Positions 27,160 through 37,053 are shown, counted from the first letter of the stretch. The stretch: 64,000 nt of DNA from an uncultured Dehalococcoidales bacterium (GCA_964437795.1 CAYTIC010000001.1:86864-150863), one strand, 5' to 3'. The notes: generated by a model from the sequence alone, not told the origin. Numbers and translations are program-made.

Positions 27160-27234
27160 GCGGGAGTAACTCAGCGGAAGAGTTCCTGCCTTCCAAGCAG
27201 GGTGTCGCGGGTTCGAATCCCGTCTCCCGCTCCA
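27160..27234 (+). tRNA. tRNA-Gly(TCC), CCA encoded
   Basis: Acceptor GCGGGAG/CTCCCGC, anticodon stem CCTGC/GCAGG with loop CTTCCAA, T arm GCGGG-TTCGAAT-CCCGT. Confidence 0.9.
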
Positions 27235-27683
27235 TAGATTGCGTTATAGAGTTCCGGTAAATGGGACGCCAGGTTATTATATTCCATCAGGCCCTGCAGG
27301 CAATTGTTACGCGCCAGGTCAATCATCTTATACGACAAGGACAATTTCATTCTCGCCGGTTGGTCGTCCTTCATCGTATACCCGAGCCAATAACGACTTC
27401 GGAACTCCGCGCCACCTGCGACGCGGCGGAGTATAAACTCTATGACGGCTTATTTTGCCGCCATGGTTTTATCTCTTAATTCCCGTGACTTGCTGTAAGG
27501 ACAAACTCCCTGTTTTCGTGAGGGTAGTGCCAGTCAACCATCTCACCAGATCCCTCATGTAGAACTTCCCTGGAAAAGCAACTCTTTTTCCGGTAGAACT
27601 TTTTTATTCGGGTAGAGATTGAAATCGATATTAACCGAATACTTTGATGCGGCTACGCATAGGAAATAGCCCAACCCTATTTT

Positions 27684-28472
27684 TCAATAAAAGACCGAAC
27701 CGGCGCATACATTAATTGCCTGTCCCGTTATGCCTTTCGCCTGATCAGACGCCAAATAAACCGCCGTATCGGCAATTTCTTCCGGCTCAATCAGCCGTCT
27801 CTGAATGGACATCGAAAGAACTTTTTCAGTAAGAACAGCTTCTCTCGTCAAGCCGGTGAGTCTTACAACCTCATCCAGGATCATTCCTTCCCCTGTCAAC
27901 ATATCTGTGTTTACAACACCCGGGCATATGGCATTAACAGTTATCCCGGATAAACCCAGAACTCCCAGTTCTGCTGCGAGTGTTCGCGTTAGGCCGATTA
28001 CCCCATGTTTGGATGCACAATAGGCAGAGTTTGTCACACTGGCCTGTTTGCCGGAAATCGAAGCTATATTAATAACTCTACCTTTACCAGCTTTGATTAT
28101 GTGCGGCATCACAGCCTTGGTAACGTTATATGTACCAAACAAATTTACTTCTATGGTATTACGCCAGATAAAGTCTTCTGATTCCCATAGAAAATAGCGC
28201 TTTCCTACAACGCCGGCGTTATTTATCAGGATTTCGATTTTCCCGTATTTGTCGATGATCTGTTGAATGCAGGACTGTATCTGCTCCGGTCGGGTAACGT
28301 CTAAAACGAGACCAAGTGTATTGTGCCCGATCTCAGTAGCGGTCTTTTGAATATCTTTGTTAACGTCGCCGATAACAACGGTTGCCCCTTCCCTTGCAAG
28401 TGCCGAAGCTATCTCCTTTCCAATGCCTCGATAGGCGCCGGTAACGAGCGCTACCTTACTGCTTAACATCAT
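27684..28472 (-). CDS. short-chain dehydrogenase/reductase (SDR)
   Basis: VALVTGAYRGIGKEIA (TGxxxGIG) and YCASK (YxxxK). Confidence 0.8.
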   Translation of the reverse strand: MMLSSKVALVTGAYRGIGKEIASALAREGATVVIGDVNKDIQKTATEIGHNTLGLVLDVTRPEQIQSCIQQIIDKYGKIEILINNAGVVGKRYFLWESEDFIWRNTIEVNLFGTYNVTKAVMPHIIKAGKGRVINIASISGKQASVTNSAYCASKHGVIGLTRTLAAELGVLGLSGITVNAICPGVVNTDMLTGEGMILDEVVRLTGLTREAVLTEKVLSMSIQRRLIEPEEIADTAVYLASDQAKGITGQAINVCAGSVFY

Positions 28473-28495
28473 TCGATATCCACCTCGATTATTGA

Positions 28496-29602
28496 TTATT
28501 TCACTTTGATCCTTCGTTTGGCATCAATCCCCATCAGTTTGGCCAGGTTAAGGCCGAATATCTTCCGGCGGTCTTCCTCAGTAATCGCCGGATAGCCGTA
28601 ATCCTTCTGCATGTCTTCAGGAATTTGAAATTCTCTCAATCCTTTAACCGCCACGCCCATTTGAACTGAAAATCCAGCGTAATCCGTGCCCCAAATAATC
28701 TTGTCGGGGCCAACCCAGCGCAACGCCTCACCGATAATCCTGGCGAATTTCCGCGGCTGTACTATGGCCCATGGTATTAAGAGCGAAAGGCAAGGATACA
28801 CGTTGGGATGCCCCATGGCCACCATGTTTAAGTCATCACAATACGGATAGCCCATATGGAACGCAACGATCTTCAGATTCGTGAAATCACGTGCCACGTC
28901 ATCGAGTTGGATGGGTAGGGCATACTTGCTCTTGCCAGGCGGGACCCAGCAAAAGCCCGTATGGATATCGAGCACAATGCCAAGTTCCTCAGCTTTCTGA
29001 TAGAACGGCCACAAATCTGGATCATTGATATAAGTGTCCTCAGGAGGATAAAACTTGAAAATCTTGGCGCCTTTTTCCTTAACCCAGTATTCGAGGTCCC
29101 AGATGGCGTTTTTAACTCCCCTGTGCTTTATTGGAGAAACATTTGGCTGGTACATGAACCTGTCAGGGTTAGATTCAACCACCTTGGCCATATCGCCGTT
29201 GGTCATCCAGCGGCTGCTGTACCCCGTCGTATCCATCATCGCCTCCGGCAGTAAACAGCCTATGTCCACGCCATACTTGTCCATCGAACGCAGCAGACTG
29301 GCAGGATCGGCGTTCTTTTCAATTTCCCATGGCTCGATCTCCTGAACTATTTCCGCAGGAGCTCCAGACATCAGAGGTCGGCCGATGCTCTCGATGGCTT
29401 TCCACCACATTTTCACGCCGGGATAATGATTGATTGGCCCCATATCGCCAATCAGATGTGATTCCGGATCAATTTTAAAATAATTGTCTTTTTCTACCTG
29501 TTTTGCTGCCACGTGTTCCTCCTTATAATTGCTTGATTTATTTAGCAATTGTTCGGCATAATTTCCCGTTGACACACCGGCATTTCTATACCGGTGTGTC
29601 AA
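28496..29602 (-). CDS. Amidohydro_2-family TIM-barrel hydrolase/decarboxylase-like enzyme
   Basis: 368 aa. ...DIHTGF..., ...AFHMGYPY... and WGTDYA resemble the metal-ligand pattern of the PF04909-type family. Confidence 0.6.
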   Translation of the reverse strand: MTHRYRNAGVSTGNYAEQLLNKSSNYKEEHVAAKQVEKDNYFKIDPESHLIGDMGPINHYPGVKMWWKAIESIGRPLMSGAPAEIVQEIEPWEIEKNADPASLLRSMDKYGVDIGCLLPEAMMDTTGYSSRWMTNGDMAKVVESNPDRFMYQPNVSPIKHRGVKNAIWDLEYWVKEKGAKIFKFYPPEDTYINDPDLWPFYQKAEELGIVLDIHTGFCWVPPGKSKYALPIQLDDVARDFTNLKIVAFHMGYPYCDDLNMVAMGHPNVYPCLSLLIPWAIVQPRKFARIIGEALRWVGPDKIIWGTDYAGFSVQMGVAVKGLREFQIPEDMQKDYGYPAITEEDRRKIFGLNLAKLMGIDAKRRIKVK

Positions 29603-29611
29603 GCGGATAGG

Positions 29612-30886
29612 CTACATATGGAAAGGTGGGGGTGGGGGAGGTAATTTAGCATAAGTATGAGGCACTACAGGTCCGACCCTCCTCTTGGGGAACAATTCCG
29701 GGTCATATTGTTCGTAGCCAAGTTCGGGATTGACCGAGCATCTCGGGGGATTGCCTACAACCGTGATCAGACACATGCAGTCTCTTTTACACTCAGCTAC
29801 TTTCTTGCCCGCTTTAACTTTATTCGGCCAATCTGGATCGGCCAGTGCCTGTCTGCCCAGCGATATCATGTCGCAAGCACCTTCGGACAAGGCTTTTTCG
29901 GCAACGTCCAGATTATTGACACCGGGGACAATGACCGGTATTTTAAGTACTGATTTAATTTCCTTTGCTTCCTTGAGAAGATGTTCTTCTACATGCTTGA
30001 TTGAACCCGGGGCGAAATAGTCGAGCGCCTCGTATGATCCGTCTGACAAATGGAGATAGGCAACGCCCAATTCTTCCACTTTCTTGGCCACGATTTTGAC
30101 TTCGTCTATCGTGATACCATCGGGCATGTGTTCCTGTGCGCTCATCCGTATGCCAACCGGCACGGCATCGCCCACGGCCGTGATCGCAGCTTGAGTGACC
30201 TCCAGCAGGAACCTCATCCGGTTTTCCAGGGAACCGCCGTACATATCGGTCCTCTTGTTGGAGCGGGGAGACAGGAATTGGTGTTCCAGGTAACCGTGGG
30301 GCGCATGGATCTCGATGCCGTCAAAACCAGCATAGACGGCCCTTCTGCAGGCCATGCCATACTCGTACACTTCTCTCTTGATCTCCTCGATCGTCATTTC
30401 CCTGGGGACCGGATTGTGTTGAGATATCTCCGCAACAACGCCAGGCATAGTTAGCAGGAAATCCACCATTTTCTTAGGCATTCTCTCTGGTGTCATTTCC
30501 ATAGGTATACGGGAAGGTGCCGGTGACGGCGATTTATCCAGTGCATGCCCCTGCCTGCCGAACCCGATGCTCAACTGGCAAAATATCTTGGCTCCAAAGT
30601 TGTGAACGGCCTGCGTCATCATGTACAGGCCGGGAACGAAGGACTCGTCATATAATAAAAGATTACGGTGATATACGTAGGGGGCCGCCAGCTTTGTTGC
30701 AATCACTGCGCCCGTAATAATCAGGCCAAAGCCGCCCTTCGCCCTGCGCGCAAGGTGCGCCATATCCTGCTGTGTGGCATACCCATCCTGCGTGGAATAT
30801 GTCATGTTCATAGGGGCCAGTGCAATCCGGTTGGGAATTTCCACATGCCTGATATGGATTGGATCAAAAAGTCCTTTCTCTGCCAT
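29612..30886 (-). CDS. Old-Yellow-Enzyme-family FMN oxidoreductase with a C-terminal Cys cluster (enoate/dienoyl-CoA-reductase-like N-terminal module only)
   Basis: Start moved to MAEKGLFDPI. NRIALAPM, HAPHGYLEHQFLSPRSNKRTDMYGGSLENR and C-x3-C-x-C-x10-C near the C-terminus. No FAD/NAD(P) domain. Confidence 0.7.
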   Translation of the reverse strand: MAEKGLFDPIHIRHVEIPNRIALAPMNMTYSTQDGYATQQDMAHLARRAKGGFGLIITGAVIATKLAAPYVYHRNLLLYDESFVPGLYMMTQAVHNFGAKIFCQLSIGFGRQGHALDKSPSPAPSRIPMEMTPERMPKKMVDFLLTMPGVVAEISQHNPVPREMTIEEIKREVYEYGMACRRAVYAGFDGIEIHAPHGYLEHQFLSPRSNKRTDMYGGSLENRMRFLLEVTQAAITAVGDAVPVGIRMSAQEHMPDGITIDEVKIVAKKVEELGVAYLHLSDGSYEALDYFAPGSIKHVEEHLLKEAKEIKSVLKIPVIVPGVNNLDVAEKALSEGACDMISLGRQALADPDWPNKVKAGKKVAECKRDCMCLITVVGNPPRCSVNPELGYEQYDPELFPKRRVGPVVPHTYAKLPPPPPPFHM

Positions 30887-30950
30887 TTGTAACCTCTCAA
30901 AATTTCTTAATATTATTGATATAGATAAATTTAGCACCGATTGCGATATA

Positions 30951-31367
30951 CTATGCGCTTGTTTGCGGCTTGAAAACGGGCAGGCTGATTAAATCAGTGC
31001 AATCCCTGAAAGTTACCTCCACATCCATGCCTATTTTTACGTCTTCCGGCTTGCACTCAACTATGTTGGTCATCATATGAATGCCTTCTTTCAGTTCAAC
31101 TATAGCCAATACATAGGGAAGATCAGGTGCAAAGACCGGCTCAACGCCACCCATCGTAACCGTCATTGCATGGACCTTGCCCCTTCCGCTGACTTCTTCC
31201 CAATCAAGGTTGCTGGACCAGCAGTAAGGACACACCTTGCGAGGATAAAAGATCAGCTTGCCGCAGTCACTGCATTTCTGCATGACCAGTCTGTGCTGTT
31301 TGGTTGCTTCCCAGAACTTCTTGCTCCATGGAGTAATCTCCGGAAGCGGCTTGGTATATGTATTCAT
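30951..31367 (-). CDS. DUF35-type OB-fold/zinc-ribbon protein
   Basis: 138 aa. CSDCGKLIFYPRKVCPYCWS rubredoxin-like knuckle followed by an OB-fold region. 4-nt overlap with the thiolase-like gene. Confidence 0.75.
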   Translation of the reverse strand: MNTYTKPLPEITPWSKKFWEATKQHRLVMQKCSDCGKLIFYPRKVCPYCWSSNLDWEEVSGRGKVHAMTVTMGGVEPVFAPDLPYVLAIVELKEGIHMMTNIVECKPEDVKIGMDVEVTFRDCTDLISLPVFKPQTSA

Positions 31368-32545
31368 TTAAGGTCCCTCCCAAATATCTCAATAATCATA
31401 TTCATGCCTGATCCGCCAGAACAGTTCATCAGTACGTGTTTGCAGTTCTTAACCTGCCGTTCACCGGCCTTACCCATCAGCTGGCGCGCAGTTTCCACCA
31501 GGTAGGCAAAACCTACGCCAGAACCCGTGTGACCGCGGGACAGGGCGTCACCGATGGTAGAGCACGGCAGCTTCCCTCCCGGCCAGGTATTGCCTTCCGC
31601 AATGAAACGCACGGCTTCCTTGCCATCCTTGCACACGCCAAGAGCCTCCAGTAGAACGGGCATAAGGATCGGATACGCGCAGTAAAGTTCCAGTATGTTC
31701 ATATCCTTGATCGTAAGCCCAGCCTGTTTGAATGCATCCTGGGCAGCCTGCTTAGACTGCATTAACATCGTGTCATCGGTTCGCTGGGTCATTGTTGCCT
31801 GTAAATAGCGGGCGCCTTCTCCAAGTTTATACACAGGTGTCTTGCAGATCCTTTTCGCTATCTCGGGTGAAGTTACAATCAGTGCCCCACCGCCGTCAGC
31901 CAGCATATTGCACTCCATAGAATGCAATGGTGTGCTGATCATCTTGGTTGACAGCACCTTCTCCACGGTCAGTGGTTTGCGGTACATGGCATTGGGGTCG
32001 AGCTCTGCCCACTTCCTGAAGGCCACAGGAATTGAGGCCATCTCTTCGGCTGTTATGCCATAGTGTTGCATAAAACGGGCCGTATTCATGGCCACCATGC
32101 CGTTATATGTGGTGCCAAAGGGATATTCCCATTCCATGGACATCCCGGCTGTGGCAAAGGTATGGATAGTCACGTTGGGGTCAATGCTGGTGTACTTTGA
32201 AGCATGCATGATCAGAACAATCCTGGCGATGCCGTTGGTTATCCAGTGTTCCGCCATTCTGAGCAGGTTGGCGGATGTTGAACCTCCCCCATTCACTGTT
32301 ACCATGTCCCGGCATCCTTTAAACCCCAGCTCCTCCGGCAGCTTGCCAAAGACCAGTTCGGAGTCAAGCTTGGGCTGGCCTACTGCCGGTGAACAGATGA
32401 CTCCTTCTATCTCATTTTTATTAATTCCGGCGTCATTGACAGCTTGCATGCACGAGTCATAGATAATGTCCCATTCATGCCGCTCGGGATACCACCCCGT
32501 AGGAACCTCACCTATGCCTACAATTGCTATTTTGCCTTTACTCAT
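31364..32545 (-). CDS. SCP-x/thiolase-superfamily protein lacking the nucleophilic cysteine (Ltp2-like aldolase candidate)
   Basis: 393 aa with thiolase-like architecture (...SRGHTGSGVG..., NCSGGSG). At the position where the paralog 41386..42633 has NVENACAGAS, this protein reads TVNGGGSTSA. Confidence 0.65.
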   Translation of the reverse strand: MSKGKIAIVGIGEVPTGWYPERHEWDIIYDSCMQAVNDAGINKNEIEGVICSPAVGQPKLDSELVFGKLPEELGFKGCRDMVTVNGGGSTSANLLRMAEHWITNGIARIVLIMHASKYTSIDPNVTIHTFATAGMSMEWEYPFGTTYNGMVAMNTARFMQHYGITAEEMASIPVAFRKWAELDPNAMYRKPLTVEKVLSTKMISTPLHSMECNMLADGGGALIVTSPEIAKRICKTPVYKLGEGARYLQATMTQRTDDTMLMQSKQAAQDAFKQAGLTIKDMNILELYCAYPILMPVLLEALGVCKDGKEAVRFIAEGNTWPGGKLPCSTIGDALSRGHTGSGVGFAYLVETARQLMGKAGERQVKNCKHVLMNCSGGSGMNMIIEIFGRDLK

Positions 32546-32611
32546 AAATCACGATCCTCCATTTAATAATCTATTGCATGATTACTTCGTTAGCCTGCTG
32601 AAATTACCTCA

Positions 32612-33430
32612 CTATTTGGCCTTCCATACCGGCTGTCTTTTCTCCATGAAGGCTATAGGGCCCTCAACAGCGTCCTCGGTCCCCGCGACAAGACTGCCAG
32701 CCGACCTTTCCAGCGCTAATGCAGCATCGATGTCGGCAATTTCAATACAATTGTTAAAAACCATCTTTGCCATCCTGACCGCCACCGGCGATTCGCCGGC
32801 TATCTTTTTGGCTATTTCCATTACGGTCTTTTCCAGTTCACTGAAGGGTACAACCTTGTTTACAATCCCCAGTTCAAGCGCCTCGTGCGCTGTAATGCGC
32901 CCGGCAGTGAGCAGAAGCTCCTTGGCCTTACGCACCGGCATCGACCGGGCAAAACGCACGATTCCACCCGACCCCGGCAGGATACCCAGGCCCACCTCGG
33001 TGATGCCAAACATGGCATTCTCTGAAGCTATGATGAAGTCACATGCCAACGCATATTCGAGGCCGCCGGCATAGCAGTAACCGTTTACAGCCGCGATGAT
33101 CGGTTTTTCCATCCTCTCCATCAGTCGGTGCGATTCATAACACACGTTGCGCAGATAATTGTAAGTGCCTAAAGATGTACCTATTCCCTCAAATGGAATA
33201 GAAAAATCCTGCCCCGAGGAGAACGCTTTGTCACCACTGCCCGTCAAAATGACGACCCTCGTCCCGCTATCGGCCTGGGCGTCAAGCAGGCATTCACGCA
33301 ACTCGATAAGCATCGGCGCATGCATAGCATTACGCCTTTGCGGGTTGTTGAAAACAATGCGGGCGATGAAATCCTTCTTCTCATAGATTATGTACTTGTA
33401 ATTAGCTTCAGCCATTTTGACCTCCATCAA
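32612..33430 (-). CDS. enoyl-CoA hydratase/isomerase (crotonase family)
   Basis: RRNAM, AAVNGYCYAGGLEYALACD, ITEVGLGILPGSGG. The start may be the internal ATG (MAEANYKY). Confidence 0.8.
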   Translation of the reverse strand: MMEVKMAEANYKYIIYEKKDFIARIVFNNPQRRNAMHAPMLIELRECLLDAQADSGTRVVILTGSGDKAFSSGQDFSIPFEGIGTSLGTYNYLRNVCYESHRLMERMEKPIIAAVNGYCYAGGLEYALACDFIIASENAMFGITEVGLGILPGSGGIVRFARSMPVRKAKELLLTAGRITAHEALELGIVNKVVPFSELEKTVMEIAKKIAGESPVAVRMAKMVFNNCIEIADIDAALALERSAGSLVAGTEDAVEGPIAFMEKRQPVWKAK

Positions 33431-33442
33431 TGTAACTAATAC

Positions 33443-34606
33443 TTAAAAGGATCTCGGCAGCCCCATCAGTTCACCGATGAAATTGCGGGCCATCTCGTTG
33501 CTGATCGGTGCGAAGGTGAACTGACGGGCGTCACGGAAGTAGCGTTGTATATCGCTCTCCGCCATCACGCCGGCGCCCGCGAAAATCTCCATGGCATTGG
33601 TCGTAGTCTTAACAGCGGCCTCAGACGCGCACACCTTGGCGGCTGCAGCTTCGAAATAGCATGGCTGATCCTTTGCAAACAACCATGCCGCTTTGTAGGT
33701 CATCAGCCTGGCAAGCTCGATCTCGATCGACATGTCGGCAAGCCAGTGCTGCAACACCTGGAATTGTCCGATAGGCTTGCCGAAGGCAGTCCTGGTCTTG
33801 GCATAATCCAGGGCAAGTTCAAACGCACCCTGGGCAAGGCCCACTGTCGTGGCCGCACAGACGATCCGTTCGGGATTTAGCAGTGTAATCAACTGGAAGA
33901 ACCCGTTGTTGAGTTGCCCCAGCAGGTTCTCTTTAGGCACCCTGACATCTGTGAAAAATACTTCATTGGCGCCTGAACCCCGCATACTGATTTTATGCAG
34001 CGGACGAATCTCGACACCCGGGCTCTTGAGATCTATGATCAGAAGTGACATTGCGCGATGCCGTTTGGCAGCATCTTTATTTGTGATCACCAGGGTCATA
34101 ATATAAGGTGCCACATGTGCTCCTGTGATGTATATCTTTTGACCATTTACTACAAAGTTATCACTGTCTTCTACGGCCGTGGTCCTTAAAGCGCCCAGCA
34201 AATCTGTCCCACCGCCCGGCTCGGTGAGACCGATGCAGAAACCTGTTTCAGCTTTGGCCATCTTTGGCAGGTATTCTTTCTTCTGCTTTTCATTTCCGTG
34301 GGCCTCAATCAGCCGGACGAACATGCCGCCGCCCAGGCCAAATGCTGCGGCCGGAGAACGGCGGCTCACCTCTTCGATGATGATAATCTCATCGACGAAA
34401 TCCCCCCCGGTCCCGCCATACTCGCCTGGGAGCTGGCAAGAGGTAAGGCCTAATTCAGCAGCCTTGAGGTGTATTTGATACGGCATCCAGGACATGCTTT
34501 CATCGGCATCCCACTTGCGGACAAATTCGATTGGCAGCTCACGATCGACGAACTCGCGCACGGTTGCGCGCAACATCTTTTGGGCTTCACTGAATTCAAA
34601 ATCCAT
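33443..34606 (-). CDS. acyl-CoA dehydrogenase
   Basis: 387 aa. GLTEPGGGTD, and the C-terminal catalytic region ...IFAGAGVMAESDIQRYFRDARQF. Confidence 0.8.
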   Translation of the reverse strand: MDFEFSEAQKMLRATVREFVDRELPIEFVRKWDADESMSWMPYQIHLKAAELGLTSCQLPGEYGGTGGDFVDEIIIIEEVSRRSPAAAFGLGGGMFVRLIEAHGNEKQKKEYLPKMAKAETGFCIGLTEPGGGTDLLGALRTTAVEDSDNFVVNGQKIYITGAHVAPYIMTLVITNKDAAKRHRAMSLLIIDLKSPGVEIRPLHKISMRGSGANEVFFTDVRVPKENLLGQLNNGFFQLITLLNPERIVCAATTVGLAQGAFELALDYAKTRTAFGKPIGQFQVLQHWLADMSIEIELARLMTYKAAWLFAKDQPCYFEAAAAKVCASEAAVKTTTNAMEIFAGAGVMAESDIQRYFRDARQFTFAPISNEMARNFIGELMGLPRSF

Positions 34607-34654
34607 TTTTCTCCTTTATACAACTATAAATGTGAGCAACTAAAAAGGGCCGCA

Positions 34655-36253
34655 TTATTGTTTGACTGGCTTGGCCTTGTATTTCTCCCTCACATCTTTG
34701 CGCAGCAATTTGCCCACCGCGGTCTTGGGGAGAGGATCCGGACTGAACTCGATGATTTTGGGACATTTATAGCCGGCCAGGTGCCTCCTGGTAAAATCAA
34801 TAATCTCTTTTTTTAATTCCAGCTCTTTGCCTTTGTATTTATTACTATAGTCTGTCTTCAGATAGATTTCTGCCAATACCTTTTCACCCCACTCCAGGTC
34901 CGGCACCCCGATCACGATTGCTTCTGAAACCGCGGGGTGCTTGTACAAAACATCCTCCACCTCAAACGGGTAAACCTTTTCCCCGCCGCTTTTTATCATA
35001 TCCGAAGCCCGGTCGGCCAGATATATAAACCCGTCCTCGTCAAAACTGCCTATATCTCCTGTATAATACCAGTCTCCTTTTTTTACTTTCCTGGTTTTAG
35101 CTTGATCTTTCCAGTATTCCTTCATGGTTGACTTGCTTTTAACTATGACTTCGCCGATCTCTCCCGTTTTGCATTCATTGCCCTTGTCATCCACGATCTT
35201 TATCTCGCTGACGAGGGAAGGCCTGCCAACCGATTTAAGCCTGCGTAACTCTTTTTCTGTCCCCTCAATCACGTGATCCTTAGCCAGAAAGGTAGTCCAG
35301 GGTCCACCCTCGGTTGCACCATAACCCTGCGCAAGGATTCTTCCAAATTTCCGAATACACTGCTTGAGTACTTCGGAAGGCATGGGGGCACCGGCATAAG
35401 AGAAGGACGTAATACTGCTGAGATCATATTTATCAATGTCGGGGTCGTTGACAAGCCAAAAATACACGGTGAGCACAGCATTCATATGGGTAATCTTTTC
35501 CTTTTGGATCGCTTCAAAAATCTTCTTAAGATCAGGACGGTTGACCATAACGACCTTATCACCGGTGAAGTGGAGAGTCAGTATTGGCCATAACGAAATA
35601 TGGAAAGCAGGTAAAATAAAAAGGGTAGCGTCATCATCGCTTGTAGCTATGCCGGTTTTCAGGTTACTGAGGACGCATCCCAATGTATAGGTCATAAGAC
35701 TACGATGCGTTAAAACTGCCCCCTTGGGTAATCCGGTGGTTCCCCCGGTATACATGAGCATGGCAGTATCGCTTTCTTTTATAGCAACCTTGGGTTCTTC
35801 GGGTGATCCCTTTTCAACCAGGTCCTCATAGGAAATCATGCCCGGGACCTTGTCAACGGCGCTGATGTAATATTTGATATTGTTCAAAGCCGGCTTTAGA
35901 GCCTCTACCGTATCTTTGTACTCAGGGCCGATAATCAGGCCGACGGAATCGGAATGGAGGATGATGTGTTGAAGCTCGCTGGGATGCAATCTGAAATTTA
36001 AAGGTACAGGAATTATGCCTGTCTTTGCCATGGCATAGTAGAGCTCTACAAACCTGTGGCAGTTCTCCATCAATATGGCAACGTGGTCACCCTTATTCAG
36101 TCCCATACCTTTCAAAGAGTTCGCAAGCCGGTTAATCCTCTCGTTAAATTGTTTCCAGGTATACCTTACTTCACCATAACCGGAGCACACCATGCAGATT
36201 TTATTCGGGTCTAGCCTGGACCACCTGGTTGGGATGTCACCAAGTATTTCCAT
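34655..36253 (-). CDS. AMP-dependent acyl-CoA synthetase/ligase
   Basis: MLMYTGGTTGLPKG, GYGATEGG, WYYTGD, GKLLRKDVR. Confidence 0.8.
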   Translation of the reverse strand: MEILGDIPTRWSRLDPNKICMVCSGYGEVRYTWKQFNERINRLANSLKGMGLNKGDHVAILMENCHRFVELYYAMAKTGIIPVPLNFRLHPSELQHIILHSDSVGLIIGPEYKDTVEALKPALNNIKYYISAVDKVPGMISYEDLVEKGSPEEPKVAIKESDTAMLMYTGGTTGLPKGAVLTHRSLMTYTLGCVLSNLKTGIATSDDDATLFILPAFHISLWPILTLHFTGDKVVMVNRPDLKKIFEAIQKEKITHMNAVLTVYFWLVNDPDIDKYDLSSITSFSYAGAPMPSEVLKQCIRKFGRILAQGYGATEGGPWTTFLAKDHVIEGTEKELRRLKSVGRPSLVSEIKIVDDKGNECKTGEIGEVIVKSKSTMKEYWKDQAKTRKVKKGDWYYTGDIGSFDEDGFIYLADRASDMIKSGGEKVYPFEVEDVLYKHPAVSEAIVIGVPDLEWGEKVLAEIYLKTDYSNKYKGKELELKKEIIDFTRRHLAGYKCPKIIEFSPDPLPKTAVGKLLRKDVREKYKAKPVKQ

Positions 36254-36404
36254 TACATTACCTCCACATTATTCATTGCTATTTGATCTGGCCGCCTCAG
36301 TTAAATGTATCTATACCGTTACCCGATTCAATATGACAATTTTCCGCTTCCACATATATAACAACAAGCCACCCAAAGCTTGAGTTAAACCTGATTTTAG
36401 TTTC

Positions 36405-36965
36405 TTATTTTTTCGGCCTGATAGATCTGTGAGGTTCCTTAAAACCTGATATCTGCCGCATAGCCTCTTCCGCCCATTCCAGGAAAAGCTTATCCTGCTT
36501 TATCGCCAGATCACCGATAAGCAGCCAATAGAGTACGTCCAATTCGCTGCCTTTCAAGTTTTTCTCTATCGCAATGGTAGCTTCTGTCTCATAATATTGA
36601 ACTTCATTTTTAATCTGTGCAGCATAGGATCTTATGTTCGCAATCATATATTTTTTGTCGACACGACTTGCATACCACATTTGCATCAAATGGGGTTCAC
36701 GACTTGCCTCCACCTTCATAGGGGTTTTCAACCACTTCTCCAGTACACTACGTCCCGACTTTGTAATATGAAAAACATTTTTATCTGGATATTTCTTTTG
36801 ATTAACCCGCTTGTACTCCACCAACCCGTCCTCTGCCATCCCATTAAGTTGCCTGTATACAATACTTAACGTAGGCCTGACTGTTTTAAAAAACATCTTG
36901 TGAAGCTGATATCCTGATTTTGGCCCATAGCTCAGAAACCCCAGTAATCCATGTTTCAACGACAT
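36405..36965 (-). CDS. PadR-family transcriptional regulator
   Basis: 186 aa. The N-terminal wHTH LLGFLSYGPKSGYQLHK...VYRQLNGMAEDGLVE is typical of PadR. First gene of the island operon. Confidence 0.75.
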   Translation of the reverse strand: MSLKHGLLGFLSYGPKSGYQLHKMFFKTVRPTLSIVYRQLNGMAEDGLVEYKRVNQKKYPDKNVFHITKSGRSVLEKWLKTPMKVEASREPHLMQMWYASRVDKKYMIANIRSYAAQIKNEVQYYETEATIAIEKNLKGSELDVLYWLLIGDLAIKQDKLFLEWAEEAMRQISGFKEPHRSIRPKK

Positions 36966-36993
36966 ATTAATCTCTCACCAGTTAAATTCTTAG

Positions 36994-37053
36994 TTCAGTA
37001 CTGTACTAGTACAGTACTGAACATATACTACTACTGTTAAATTTTGTTGTCAA
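36994..37053 (-). promoter_or_regulatory. padR promoter with an overlapping perfect 28-bp palindromic operator
   Basis: On the minus strand: TTGACA (37053-48), 17 nt, TAGTAT (37030-25). Then TTCAGTACTGTAC-TA-GTACAGTACTGAA (37021-36994), which is its own reverse complement, covers the expected TSS 29 nt before the padR ATG. Confidence 0.55.

Noticed and set aside
27171-27479. Short ORFs next to tRNA-Gly (27171..27374 minus, 27239..27436 and 27261..27479 plus) as an integrase or excisionase
   Set aside because: The first overlaps the tRNA itself. None shows recombinase motifs (no R..HxxR..Y pattern). The region may contain eroded remnants, but I cannot support a call.
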